From the IMG/VR virus record IMGVR_UViG_3300032167_000006: DNA of 64,000 bases, one strand, 5' to 3'. The DNA is from a virus. Lineage: Duplodnaviria > Caudoviricetes. Made by a program: the position numbers and the translations under genes. Every line of letters begins with the position of its first letter. The stretch's first letter is position 1. This document shows positions 39,876 through 51,400 of this stretch, in pieces. The notes beneath the pieces were generated by a model. It was not told where the DNA came from. It did not search any database and saw only the letters and a program-made list of their open reading frames with translations.

Positions 39876-40712
39876 ATGGCTAAGATTATTGGTAATATAG
39901 TCGGTGTTCCTAACCCTATATCTGACTGGAATGAAACCGACGAGAATAAAGCAAGTTTTATTAAAAACAAACCGAATCTTAATTATTCAAATAGCGATCC
40001 TCTGCTTAAAGATGTCGGAGGAATTTTAGCAAATAATCATAAAGATGGATTTGATAATGTACCGATTAGTGATCTTATAACAGAATTATTATACCCATAT
40101 ACAAAACCTGTTATTAATTCATTCTCTTTAAATCCTGCTGACGGTGCTAAAGAAAAGAATGTTTCGTTAACTGTTAAATCAGCTACAGTTAAAGTAACCA
40201 AAAAGACTAAAGCAATTCAGTCAGTCAGTTTATATAAAGGCACTGCATTAGTAGAGACCAAAACTGATACTATAACTTCAGCTGGAACTACTCTTACATT
40301 TAATATCAATGAAACATTGAATGGTACGGCTGATTCAGTTTCATATACAGTAAAAGTATTAGAGGCCGGAGAAACTACTCCTGCTGTAACATCTACAAAA
40401 ACTTATAATTTTGTATATCCATATTTATATGGAGTTGTTGCAAATGGAGCTTCAATTACTGCGGATCTTATATCAAAATTTACAGCAAAAGGTATTCGTG
40501 TTAAAGGTAATCATTCTTATGAATATACTACAAATAACACTTGTCCTGTAATTGCATATCCTAAATCATATGGTACATTAAGCTCAATTATAGATCCAAA
40601 TAACTTTACACAAGATTGGGCACAACACATCGTTACAATTTCTGGTGTAGAATATTATGTATACGTTGGTGGCGCTGCCACTGCAACTGCCGCATATACA
40701 TTTAATTATTAA
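39876..40712 (+). CDS. fibre protein with C-terminal beta domain
   Basis: DWNETD..FIKNKP, VGGI, ELLYPY, VIAYP...YYVY. Confidence 0.65.
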   Translation: MAKIIGNIVGVPNPISDWNETDENKASFIKNKPNLNYSNSDPLLKDVGGILANNHKDGFDNVPISDLITELLYPYTKPVINSFSLNPADGAKEKNVSLTVKSATVKVTKKTKAIQSVSLYKGTALVETKTDTITSAGTTLTFNINETLNGTADSVSYTVKVLEAGETTPAVTSTKTYNFVYPYLYGVVANGASITADLISKFTAKGIRVKGNHSYEYTTNNTCPVIAYPKSYGTLSSIIDPNNFTQDWAQHIVTISGVEYYVYVGGAATATAAYTFNY

Positions 40713-40728
40713 TAGGAGGTAAAATATA

Positions 40729-41199
40729 ATGGGAAAAATATATAATAACCTCATAAATACAACTGCTGGCTTTAAATATAACGCTCAACAGCCATTAGAT
40801 GATAGAGAAGTTGTTCAAAGCTTTTCAGATTTAGCAGGACTTATATCTGCTAATACTGCATATGAAGGTATGAAAGTCTACGTGGTAGATGATAAAAAAT
40901 CATATGAATTAATAAATACAGAATGGAAAGCTTTAGCAACAGAAGATTATGTGAATACTGTAATTGGTAATTTAGACTTGGGTGATGGTACTAGTGGGGC
41001 TGTTGTAAATTCTGTATTATATACAGAGCAATCTTTAACAGAACCTCAGAAAGCTCAAGCTAGAACTAATATCGGTATTACTTTAGCTACTGATGAAGAT
41101 GTATTAGAAATATTATCTGTTATTGGTGCTGTAATACCAGTGACAACTTCTGATGGTAAAATATTAACAAGCAATACTGGAGCAATATACACTTTATAA
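40729..41199 (+). CDS. fibre adaptor with PLD motif
   Basis: QPLDDRE...YEGMKVYV; QSLTEPQKAQARTNIG. Confidence 0.65.
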   Translation: MGKIYNNLINTTAGFKYNAQQPLDDREVVQSFSDLAGLISANTAYEGMKVYVVDDKKSYELINTEWKALATEDYVNTVIGNLDLGDGTSGAVVNSVLYTEQSLTEPQKAQARTNIGITLATDEDVLEILSVIGAVIPVTTSDGKILTSNTGAIYTL

Positions 41200-41219
41200 T
41201 TTTTTAAGGAGAAACAAAA

Positions 41220-42017
41220 ATGATAAATGTTATTATACCTGCATATAACTGTACTGCTACTTTAGGTAGAACTCTTAGTTCACTGGTAGCACAAACAGAT
41301 CAGGATTTTATAGTCACTGTTGTAGATGATTGTTCTACTGAAGATATTAAATCTATAGTAGATGATTATAGTAATAAATTGAATATTAATTATATTCGTA
41401 ATGAGAAAAATCTTGGATGTGGCATGTCACGTCAAGTTGGAATTGATAATACAACACAAGATTTTATAACTTTCTTAGATTCTGATGATATGTTTATGCC
41501 ATATGCGGTAGAAACTTTTAATGAAGTTATTAAAGCAAATCCAAATACTGAATTTCTTCATACACATTTCTATGAACAAATTAAAATAAATGGTGAAGTT
41601 GCTTTAGTTTTAAGAGAAGATAATTTTACTGCATGTCATGGTAAATTATATAATGTATCATTACTAAGAAAATTTAATATAAGGAATTCTCCCGAAGTTA
41701 AATGGGCCGATGACTCATATTTCAATTCAATGTGTAATGCATTTATGAAGATAAGTACCATTAAAGTGATAACAATGTTATGGGCTTATAATGAGAATTC
41801 AGTTTTAAGAAAAAATGATAGCAATAGAGATAATAATAAAGTATATGATTTTCTCAATGCTATGTATTTATCAGTAAAATTCATCGTTGAAAATAACGGT
41901 GATTTAAAATTTATTAAACAAAATATACTTGATTTTCCAAATAGATTTAAAGATTTAAAAGGCAAAGAATTAGCCTTAATGAATAAAATATTAAATTACA
42001 TAAGGAGGAAGTCATAA
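41220..42017 (+). CDS. glycosyltransferase family 2
   Basis: VIIPAYN, VVDDCS, NLGCGMSRQ, FLDSDD, DDSYF. Confidence 0.9.
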   Translation: MINVIIPAYNCTATLGRTLSSLVAQTDQDFIVTVVDDCSTEDIKSIVDDYSNKLNINYIRNEKNLGCGMSRQVGIDNTTQDFITFLDSDDMFMPYAVETFNEVIKANPNTEFLHTHFYEQIKINGEVALVLREDNFTACHGKLYNVSLLRKFNIRNSPEVKWADDSYFNSMCNAFMKISTIKVITMLWAYNENSVLRKNDSNRDNNKVYDFLNAMYLSVKFIVENNGDLKFIKQNILDFPNRFKDLKGKELALMNKILNYIRRKS

Positions 42018-42784
42018 TGGCTTACGAATATACAAAATTAAGTGAAGTAGAAATACTTGAATCTCCATCATCTCCTAATATTCTTGTTGAGGATAATGGT
42101 GAAATCGTGAGGGTTCCCTCATCTAATTTAACTACATCGGCTGCACAGGTGCAGGCTGACTGGAATGAGACTGACTCTGATAGCCCTGCTTTCATTCTTA
42201 ATAAACCCGATTTAAGTTCATCTGGTGGTTCTGATTCTGGTGTTGAAACTATAAAATATTATTATGCTGGTCAATCAGATATAATAACTGTATATGCCGA
42301 TGCTGATCATACTACAATATTAGATAGCGGAAATCTCTACAATAATTTTATTTCAGGTAAAAGAGTAATACTTATAGGTGAAAGTAGCACTTCAGATGTA
42401 TTATCAGTTAGATATTATCAAACAACTTTTTCATACCACGTATATGCAACAATGTATCAGCCTCATAAAAGTAGAATACTTGATCTTGATCTTGGTTCTA
42501 CTGATATTCCATTGGGACAGATTTCTACTGGTGAAGTAGATACTAATACAGTTATATACACTGGAGATAGTAGTGGTAGTTGCTCATTTAACGGACATTC
42601 GCAAATTAACCTTAGCGATCTGGTAGAAAATATTAATAATAATTCACGTATACTTATTAACTATTCAGATACAAATACAACTTGTAGTGTAATAGCAACT
42701 TATACATTATCAAGCGGAACCTCAGCAAGTATGGTATTATTAGAACCTGGAACTACTAACCTGAAAACTGTTACTATAGAATAA
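42017..42784 (+). CDS. fibre-associated protein
   Basis: QADWNETD..FILNKP; coupled start. Confidence 0.6.
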   Translation: MAYEYTKLSEVEILESPSSPNILVEDNGEIVRVPSSNLTTSAAQVQADWNETDSDSPAFILNKPDLSSSGGSDSGVETIKYYYAGQSDIITVYADADHTTILDSGNLYNNFISGKRVILIGESSTSDVLSVRYYQTTFSYHVYATMYQPHKSRILDLDLGSTDIPLGQISTGEVDTNTVIYTGDSSGSCSFNGHSQINLSDLVENINNNSRILINYSDTNTTCSVIATYTLSSGTSASMVLLEPGTTNLKTVTIE

Positions 42785-42804
42785 TAAAATTGAGGTGATT
42801 TATT

Positions 42805-44115
42805 ATGGCAAACAACAACTTAATTACAGTTGATGTTTTGACTTCAGTATTAAGTGCTTATAAAGAGTCATTATCTAATAATGACTCTTTATATACAATC
42901 GTTGAACCTCAGGACGATGATGTTCCTATGGTGTTTATTACTGGTTCTATTCCCACATCAAAAACATATGTAAATGGTGAGATAGAATACATCTCCAAAA
43001 CATCAACTTTTAAAGCATATACAAAAATTAGACTTCAAGGAAGTTCTACTTTATCTCTTCCTAAGAAAAATTATACTATTAAATTATTTAGTGATAATAA
43101 TCGTAGTAAATCTTTAAATAAAGATTTTAGAGATTGGGGAGCTAATGATACATTCACACTCAAGGCAGATTATAATGATATTCTCCATGCAAGAAATGTT
43201 GTAAGTTCTAGACTTTGGGGTAAAGTGGTAGCTAGTAGAAGTGATTATGATTCGCTTCCTGAAGGATTAAAAAATAGCCCTAATAATGGAGCTGTTAATG
43301 GTTTTCCTGTAAAGGTTTATATTAACGGCGAATATATTGGATTATATAATTTTGTAACTCATAAAGATGCAAAATTATTTGGTATGAATGAAAATAATCC
43401 TAATCATGCCGTACTTCAAGCTGAATTTAATGATAATGGTAACAGTTCGGTGCAAAATAATCCATGCAATTTTAATACTAATTGGGATGGTACAGATAAA
43501 TACTGGAGTATAGAAGTTGGTAATGATGCAGCATATATTAAAGATAGATTTTATGAATTATATGAAAATGTGCATGGTGCCTATATAAATAATACTCCTG
43601 ACGCCATTACAAGAAGTATAGATAAGCAGAGCTTGATAGATTATTATATCTTTCAGGATGTAATTTTAGGAACAGACGGTTTAGCTAAAAATATGCTTAT
43701 AGTTACTTATGATTTAGATAAATGGTTTTTAAGTGCTTATGACTTAGATTCTACTTTTGATTTATCTTGGGAAGGAAAATTACTTAATTCTGCTAAAGTG
43801 GCATTATATGATAGTAATGTTATAAGAGATCCGTATTTAAATCATTATAGCATTCTTCCTAGAATTATTGGTAGATATTATTTTGAAGAATATGTAGAGA
43901 GATATATTGAACTCAGACAATCTGTATTAAGTGACTCTTCAATAATACAAGAATTTGAGAATTGCATCAATAATTATGGCGGAGAAGATGAGTATATTAA
44001 AGATACTATAGCTAATCCTAATATTCCTTTAGTTACTACAAATACTTTACAGTATTTAAGAACCTTTATTAAAGAACATCTTGCATATTTAGATTCTATA
44101 TATCTTAGTTATTAA
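42805..44115 (+). CDS. CotH-family kinase-like protein
   Basis: LQGSST..PKKNYTIKL, TLKADY, GFPV, DGLAKNM, YDLDSTF. Confidence 0.8.
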   Translation: MANNNLITVDVLTSVLSAYKESLSNNDSLYTIVEPQDDDVPMVFITGSIPTSKTYVNGEIEYISKTSTFKAYTKIRLQGSSTLSLPKKNYTIKLFSDNNRSKSLNKDFRDWGANDTFTLKADYNDILHARNVVSSRLWGKVVASRSDYDSLPEGLKNSPNNGAVNGFPVKVYINGEYIGLYNFVTHKDAKLFGMNENNPNHAVLQAEFNDNGNSSVQNNPCNFNTNWDGTDKYWSIEVGNDAAYIKDRFYELYENVHGAYINNTPDAITRSIDKQSLIDYYIFQDVILGTDGLAKNMLIVTYDLDKWFLSAYDLDSTFDLSWEGKLLNSAKVALYDSNVIRDPYLNHYSILPRIIGRYYFEEYVERYIELRQSVLSDSSIIQEFENCINNYGGEDEYIKDTIANPNIPLVTTNTLQYLRTFIKEHLAYLDSIYLSY

Positions 44116-44129
44116 AGGAGGGGATTTAA

Positions 44130-46673
44130 ATGGCTAAATATATTAAAACAGAAGAAGGATATAAGCTAGCCAGTGATTTTATTGGATCTGGCGGCGGTAT
44201 CAAAGAGATTGAATCTGTAAATGATATTACTGATGTAGGTATTTATAAAACTGACAAAGAAGTATATTCTGCTAGTTATGATAAAATAGAATCGTACGTC
44301 CCAGTAGCAAAGGGTTTAACCACAAAGGTTGGATTTAAGATTGAAACATATCCATCATCCTCAACTAGTAATTATATACAGCTTAGAGATTCAAAGTTGG
44401 GTACGGCATGGATTGAAGTAGATGCTAACGGTATCTATATTACTGGAACTACGACATATAACGACGAGGATATGCATTATAGTGTATCAAGCAATAGTGA
44501 GATAACACTTGATTCTACTCCTGTGGATGTTGATGGTGTAATTTATCCATCACTTAAATCTTTAGGTATAATATATTTTGAAGTCATCGATATAACGATG
44601 GAAACAGATGCAGTAGTGCATATGTATGCAACCTCTACGTATTCTGATAGTCTTACTATTAATGAGATTAGAGGTGGTATGGGAATCGAAGGCGACAATT
44701 ATAATTCTGAAATATTCAATGATCATTCAGAAGGAGCAGCCTTTGGCTCTTATGCACATTCAGAGGGTAGAACAACTCAGGCTGGCGCAAGAGCTTTTAG
44801 AGTACAATCTATTGATTATTCCACCAGAACATTTACACTTGATAGCACATCAGGATTGAAAAAAGATATGTATTGGTCTGCTCAAATCTATAATGGTGCA
44901 ACAGCATTAAATGTTAATAGATACAGCAAGATTGAATCTATAAGTGGTAATACTGTTACGGTTGTATCAATGCCTGATAATTTTAATACAACTATTGTAC
45001 CAATAGATGAGGTGCTTGATGGATTTGATAATGAAAATAATATTTTCTTCACTCCAGATAATCCTAAATTGGGAACACGTAATATAGGTTCTGCAGCACA
45101 TTCTGAAGGTAGAAATACAGTAGCAGCTAGAAAAAATGCCCATGCGGAGGGTAATAAGTCAAAAGCCCTTGGACACTCTTCTCATGCTGAAAATACAAGT
45201 ACAGTTTATGGTACTTATGCTCATGGTGAAGGTTCAAGTTATGTATATGGAAACTATGCTCACGGTGAAGGTGTAGATACATATGCTGTTGGTGAAGCAT
45301 CTCATGCTCAAGGAAGAAAAAACATTGCATATAGCTATGACTGCTATGCAGGTGGAGGAAGTTCTGTTGGGTACACACACTTATTAAACAAGGGTCTTAA
45401 TCCAACAGATAAAGATTCATGGACACAATTATGGACTAACGAAGAGCGTGATAGTTTAGAATTATTTAATGCAGCAGTAGGAAATAACTCATTTACTCAA
45501 GGTTCAAATAACTTAGTAACTGGTTTACGTGGTTCAGCCTTAGGTAAACAAAATCATGTTAGCGGTCAGGATGCAGTGGCAGTAGGTAGTTACAATACTG
45601 CAGCTGGTATGCATTCAGGTGCATTTGGTTATTCAAATGAAGTTAATACTGGTGAGTCTTTTGTAATAGGCCACTCTAATATTGTTAAATCGCCTTACAG
45701 ATCTATTGCGATTGGTAATGGTAATGAACTTGTTTCGGCTACAACAGAAGGTACTATTATTCTTGGTCGTTATGGTTCAGACGTAGAACATCCTGAAGCT
45801 ATTTTTCTTATAGGTAATGGTACTGCATCTAAGAAATCTAGTATTTTTGGTATTACTTCTAATAATGGTTTATTTCATGGTCCTGCTACTATAGTTACAG
45901 GACAATATTCTGGTGCATTAGGTTATACCAATAACGTTACAGGTGCACAAGCGTTTGCTATAGGTCATACTAATATAGTAGATCAGCATAAGGGTATTGC
46001 ATTAGGTTTAGGTAATACATTATCTAATGTTGCAGGTGATGTTAGTAGAGCTGTTGTGGGTTATTATAATGATGATACTAACAAACCTTTATTTGCAGTT
46101 GGTAATGGTACTATCACCAAAGATAAAGAAACAGGTGAAATAACTAAATATAATCGTAGTAATGCTTTAGAATTAACTACCGCTGGAGAATTAAAAATTT
46201 CACGTTTGAATTCTGGTACTCATAGCACTAATACTGTATCAGGTACTGGAGTTGGTGTTATTGGCGCAAAAAACAATGTATCTAAAAATTACAGCACTGC
46301 AATAGGATACAATAATAAAATAACCGCAGGAGATACTCATTTTGTAGTTGGACACACAAATCAAATTGTAGCTGGATATAAACACGTAGCTCTTGGATTA
46401 GGAAATAAAATTGGTAACAAGGGAGCCGGAGTACAGGGTAGAGTTGCTGTTGGTCATTGGAATGATGATACTAATCAACCTATATTTGCAGTAGGTAATG
46501 GTACAGGTACTATTGATGTTAATGGCGAAATTACCAGCGAAAATCGCAGTAATGCCTTTGCAGTATTTGATGATGGTACCATTAAAGCTCATAAAAATGC
46601 TACAGTAGATTTAGAAATAACTTATACAGATGGAACAAAATCCACATACCATTTAGTGAAGTCGGAGGTGTAA
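44130..46673 (+). CDS. YadA-head-like beta-roll tail fibre/adhesin
   Basis: AHSEG/SHAEG repeats, A.G..N repeats, FAVGNG...RSNA modules. Confidence 0.75.
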   Translation: MAKYIKTEEGYKLASDFIGSGGGIKEIESVNDITDVGIYKTDKEVYSASYDKIESYVPVAKGLTTKVGFKIETYPSSSTSNYIQLRDSKLGTAWIEVDANGIYITGTTTYNDEDMHYSVSSNSEITLDSTPVDVDGVIYPSLKSLGIIYFEVIDITMETDAVVHMYATSTYSDSLTINEIRGGMGIEGDNYNSEIFNDHSEGAAFGSYAHSEGRTTQAGARAFRVQSIDYSTRTFTLDSTSGLKKDMYWSAQIYNGATALNVNRYSKIESISGNTVTVVSMPDNFNTTIVPIDEVLDGFDNENNIFFTPDNPKLGTRNIGSAAHSEGRNTVAARKNAHAEGNKSKALGHSSHAENTSTVYGTYAHGEGSSYVYGNYAHGEGVDTYAVGEASHAQGRKNIAYSYDCYAGGGSSVGYTHLLNKGLNPTDKDSWTQLWTNEERDSLELFNAAVGNNSFTQGSNNLVTGLRGSALGKQNHVSGQDAVAVGSYNTAAGMHSGAFGYSNEVNTGESFVIGHSNIVKSPYRSIAIGNGNELVSATTEGTIILGRYGSDVEHPEAIFLIGNGTASKKSSIFGITSNNGLFHGPATIVTGQYSGALGYTNNVTGAQAFAIGHTNIVDQHKGIALGLGNTLSNVAGDVSRAVVGYYNDDTNKPLFAVGNGTITKDKETGEITKYNRSNALELTTAGELKISRLNSGTHSTNTVSGTGVGVIGAKNNVSKNYSTAIGYNNKITAGDTHFVVGHTNQIVAGYKHVALGLGNKIGNKGAGVQGRVAVGHWNDDTNQPIFAVGNGTGTIDVNGEITSENRSNAFAVFDDGTIKAHKNATVDLEITYTDGTKSTYHLVKSEV

Positions 46674-46679
46674 TAGCCT

Positions 46680-48419
46680 ATGGCGCATGCTTATCCTAAG
46701 AGTTATCTAGAATATGGTACGAGCACCACTTTCATGCCAGACGATAGTTATGACTATATTGATTTTAAAATTGAAATTGATGATTTTTCATATAATTGTG
46801 GAAGCGGTAGTGGTGGTACTATTTATGTAACACCTAATGTTTATGTAGAAGAACTTGGTAGTGGAATTTGTATTAATAATTTTAATTCTAAAAGAGAGCA
46901 AACGGTAATAAATTTTACAGCTTATCGTAATGGATCACATCTAAAGTCTATGACGATAACTCTGGCTGCAAATCCAGATGGTTATTTAGATGAAGACTTT
47001 TCTTTATATGATACAAGTATAGATTATTTAAATACTAAAAGTATTTTTTATTTAAATAATACAGATATTTCTTTAAGTAAATTAGAAATTAAATTTGTTG
47101 ATAGATTTACTAATGTATTAAGCAGCGGAAATGGTGTAATATATGAAGATGAAGACTTTACTGTTGAAAATGCAACTGGAAAGACTTTAGAAGTTACTAA
47201 TAGAAATGAATCAACTCAAGATAAAAATATAACTGTAGAGCTTTATTATTATAGTGACAATGGTAAAATTCTAATAAATACAGCGACTTTAACATTGTCT
47301 GCTAATCAAAGTGGTAATGAACCATCAAATCCTTCTGATCCGTCAGATCCTTCTAACATATCAAGTGTTTTATTTGGTGGTAAAGATTTAACTAACGCAT
47401 TATCTTTAAAACTTAATAATAAATCTGTAGCTAGTATTAAATTAGGCGGAGTTGTAATTTGGCCTTTAGTAAATACCAATTATGTAGCATCATTTTATAA
47501 AATAGAAACATATGGTGCTTCTAGTTCATATAATGAAACTACTAAAACTCTGTCACTTATATATGGAGAATCAACTATTAAAATTTATTTCAGTGGTAAC
47601 TTACCAGAATATAATAGCATAAATTCAATATCGGATTTCTGTACAATTACTGCTTCGCCTTCTAATTTACTTAATCATATTGAATTTATACCTGAAGAAA
47701 CCAATTGTTATAATATTTTAAATTATAATACTACTATAGATGATATATCTGGTACTTTATATTTCAACTTCAATCATCCAGATTACGAACCAAATATTTT
47801 AAGTTTAAATATAGTTGCAAAAGCAAGAACCCTAGTTAAAATATCTAAACCTACTTTAACCCGCTCAGATATATTTGAATACACAGGAAGCGTTATAAAT
47901 ATTGCCGATTATTATTCTGAAGAGGTTAAGAATACAGTGGATATAACTGGAAGATGTGAAGGAACCAGTCCAGGCGGTTATACTTACTATATAACACCAA
48001 AGGATGGTTATTGTTGGGAAGATGGTAGTACATCCCCAATAACGCAGTCTTTTGTAATACAAGAACCACATTATAATTATACTTTAACCTACGTACTTAA
48101 TGATAACAGTGCAGACTTCTATTGGGATACTAATGATCCAAATCCTGGAACACCAGAAATATCAGCTTCCTTAGTAAGTGATTTTGATGTTTGGGATATA
48201 GGCTCAGCTGATATACAAGTTAATGGAAACTATGTAATGGCTTACAAATCAAGTGATGCTTGGGTGGAAGATGATTATGGTTCAGGCGCTTTAGATACTC
48301 CAAGCGGTCATTATAATACAGATCCAATGTATAATGTAGGAATTGAAGTGCGTGCAACTGATCCGAATGGAGGATCTCATGCAGAAACTATCTATTTAAC
48401 TGCATATAGCACAAGATAG
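46680..48419 (+). CDS. multi-domain beta-rich adhesin-like protein
   Basis: PSNPSDPSDPS linker; YTG...G.Y...ITPKDGYCWEDGS Ig-like module. Confidence 0.55.
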   Translation: MAHAYPKSYLEYGTSTTFMPDDSYDYIDFKIEIDDFSYNCGSGSGGTIYVTPNVYVEELGSGICINNFNSKREQTVINFTAYRNGSHLKSMTITLAANPDGYLDEDFSLYDTSIDYLNTKSIFYLNNTDISLSKLEIKFVDRFTNVLSSGNGVIYEDEDFTVENATGKTLEVTNRNESTQDKNITVELYYYSDNGKILINTATLTLSANQSGNEPSNPSDPSDPSNISSVLFGGKDLTNALSLKLNNKSVASIKLGGVVIWPLVNTNYVASFYKIETYGASSSYNETTKTLSLIYGESTIKIYFSGNLPEYNSINSISDFCTITASPSNLLNHIEFIPEETNCYNILNYNTTIDDISGTLYFNFNHPDYEPNILSLNIVAKARTLVKISKPTLTRSDIFEYTGSVINIADYYSEEVKNTVDITGRCEGTSPGGYTYYITPKDGYCWEDGSTSPITQSFVIQEPHYNYTLTYVLNDNSADFYWDTNDPNPGTPEISASLVSDFDVWDIGSADIQVNGNYVMAYKSSDAWVEDDYGSGALDTPSGHYNTDPMYNVGIEVRATDPNGGSHAETIYLTAYSTR

Positions 48420-48429
48420 ATTAATTAAT

Positions 48430-48464
48430 ATACTAAGATGGGTAATTTAAACCCATCTTAGTAT
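48430..48464 (+). terminator. intra-operon stem-loop
   Basis: ATACTAAGATGGGT-aatttaa-ACCCATCTTAGTAT. Confidence 0.65.
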
Positions 48465-48495
48465 TATAAAAATATATAAAGGAGGTCTTTATACA

Positions 48496-51400
48496 ATGGG
48501 AATATTAAAAGTTAAAGATAAAGATGGAAATATAGTAAATCTTCCTGCAATTGGTAGTTCTATTAGTCATAAATGGAATGGTACAAAATTAACAGTGACT
48601 TCTAGTAGTGGCACAACAACTACTGATCTTCAAGGCGCACCTGGTAAAAATGGTAATGATTATGTTATAACTAGTGCTGATAAAGAAGAAATAGCTGGTA
48701 TGGTTCAACGTTCGGTTGAAGAAGGAATTCCTAGTTATATTTTAGAATCAGCAGAAGATTTTGCTCATAAAGTACAAAGCAGACAAAGTGGAGATAGCTT
48801 TACTTTTGCGTTTTTAAGTGATGCACATATAACAAAAAGTAGACCATATACTATTACATCTGCTTTGCATGCAAAACAAGCTTTACAAATAATCAATAAG
48901 CGCATACCTTTAGATTTTATTATACATGGTGGCGATTATACTTGGGGAGAGGATTCCGAAGATAAAAATACAACCTATGATGATTTTGAATTATATCAAG
49001 AATTAATTGGTTCAGCCATACCAAATGTGCCAAATATTCATGTTATTGGTAATCATGATGATTTACCATATCAGCCAACAGGAAAAAGATTAACACAATC
49101 AGAAACTTTTGGTATTATCGGAAGAAAAAATTTATTAGCAAATGCCGTTTGTAATATGGGTAAAAACTATGGTTATGTAGATATAGATAATAGAAAAATA
49201 AGAATTATATATCTTGACACAGAAGATAAAAGATGTTTAAAAACCCCAGATGCTGCCAATGGAGAACATCCGGACAATAAATATTATTTTTTAAATATAC
49301 ATCATATATCTAAAGAACAGCTTGATTTTATAGCATCTAATGCATTAAATTTTGAAAGTAAGCTTCCTATTAAACCAGATGAAACAGATACAGAAGCAAC
49401 AAAAAAATGGGATGAAGAATGCAAAAAAGAATTAGATAAATGGAGCATACTTTTTGTTTCGCATTGGGGTATAAATGGCCATGGGTATGATTGGTGGAAA
49501 TATCCAAGAATTGGTACAAATGCAGATGGTAATCCTATATATGATGATTTTAGATGTAATATAGGTACAATCGGTAAAATGTTAGAAGCATATAAAAGAG
49601 GTAAAAGCTTTAAAGATGATATAGAACACATGAATGATGATGGTACATCTACATTAAAAAGTGCATCTTATGATTTTAGTGATAGAATTTATAGGGTACA
49701 AAATATTTTTGCCGCACATGGTGATTCACATAATATTGATCATGAATTAATAACAGGTGAAGTATTATCTATTGGTATTCCTAATGTTGTAAATGGTAGA
49801 GAAACTGTTAGTAGGGATGGAGTTAAATATACCAAAACTGCAGATACTGAAAATGGTACAGCATTTACTATTATTACTATAGATAGAGAAAATCAAAAAG
49901 TTTATGCTGATTGTTATGGCGCTGGCTATGATATGGAATTTAATAGTAATAGCATATTAGATATGGCCGGTATAATGAAAGATAAATATTTAGCATATCC
50001 ATGGAATGATGTAGTGCAAGAAGATGGATCAATTAAAAAAGTTACACGTGTTGATATATATGATAAACCAGGATATAAAACTACTAATTATATACCTTTC
50101 CAACCTGGTGATGTTTTAAGAATTAAAGGTATTTCTATTAAAGACGATCTTGATAGAATTAATTTTTATAAATCTTATAACACTGCAAGTGTTAATGCAC
50201 CAATATCGCATGTTACTGGACCAAATAGTTTAAAAAATCAGTTTTTTGAAGTAACTATTAGTGAGGATGGATATTCTTGCGAAATTCTATTATCAAATTC
50301 AGATAGTAGTTTTAAAAATAATGCACGCTATTTACGTATATGCTCTAGCGATATTAAAGATGATGCCATTATCACAATAAATAAAGAAATTACAGGATCT
50401 GAAGTTCCAGAAATTCCTGAAGACTCAACTACTGAAGAGCCTGAAAATCCTACTCCAGATGATACTAATACTATTTACTATACTACAGAAGGTATGCTTA
50501 GTAAGAGCAAAAATATTGGTTATATAAAGGGTTATTATTTAGGTGAAGGCGGTGGAGATGCTGATGCTCAATTAGCAATACCAGAAAATAATGCAACTTA
50601 TTATGTAACTGGTTTTATTCCTTGCGTACAAAATGATGTATTGAGAATTAAAGGTATTACTTTTGATGATGCTTTAGATAGAATAGCTTTATATGGTAAA
50701 GATACAGATGGTAATTATATACCACTAAAACGTAGTTCTGGAGAGTATGATGCTATTTTTGCTCTTAATAAAGATGAAAATGATAACTATATAGATAATG
50801 GATTATTTAACACTTATAGTATTACTCCAAACGTAGAGAATGATATTATTACTATTGCTTTTAATGCGCCTACAGATATAGCAGCTGTACGTATTTGTGC
50901 AAGTTTAATTAATAATAATTCTACCGTAACTATCAATGAAAATATTGGTATAACTTATTATACCGAAGAAGGTATACTCAGTAAGAGTAACAATATAGGT
51001 TATAAACAAGGATATAGATTAGTAGATACTAAAGCTGGAAACCCTGAAGATTATGTAGATACTAATTATTTTGTAACAGGCTATATTCCTGTATCAAAAG
51101 GTGATAGTATTGTAATCAAGGGCATTAGTTTTAGCTCAGCTAATGATAGACTTGTTTGTTATACAGAAGAAAATGGTACTTATACTCGTCTTACTAGAAC
51201 TTCAGATGGAAAAACTGTAGATGTTATTCTTCAGGCAAATGACTCTAATGGTATAGCAAGACACTTCGGTACAATGAAAACTGAAACTATTGACGGTGCT
51301 TCAGTTATAACTATACGCGTCACAGAAGGTAGCGAAGCTACTTCTAAGGGAGTAGAGTATATTCGTATTTGTTCATCAAGCATTAATAATACTTCTGTTA

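Noticed and set aside
33660-46673. Recurring C-terminal EV / EVL / SEV endings as a protein motif
   Set aside because: In several cases (33373, 36961, 44130) the codons are simply the GAGGT RBS of the next gene
26700-46690. Programmed frameshift or read-through fusing the small fibre ORFs
   Set aside because: Most downstream ORFs have their own RBS and start, junction frames vary, and no shared slippery site is evident
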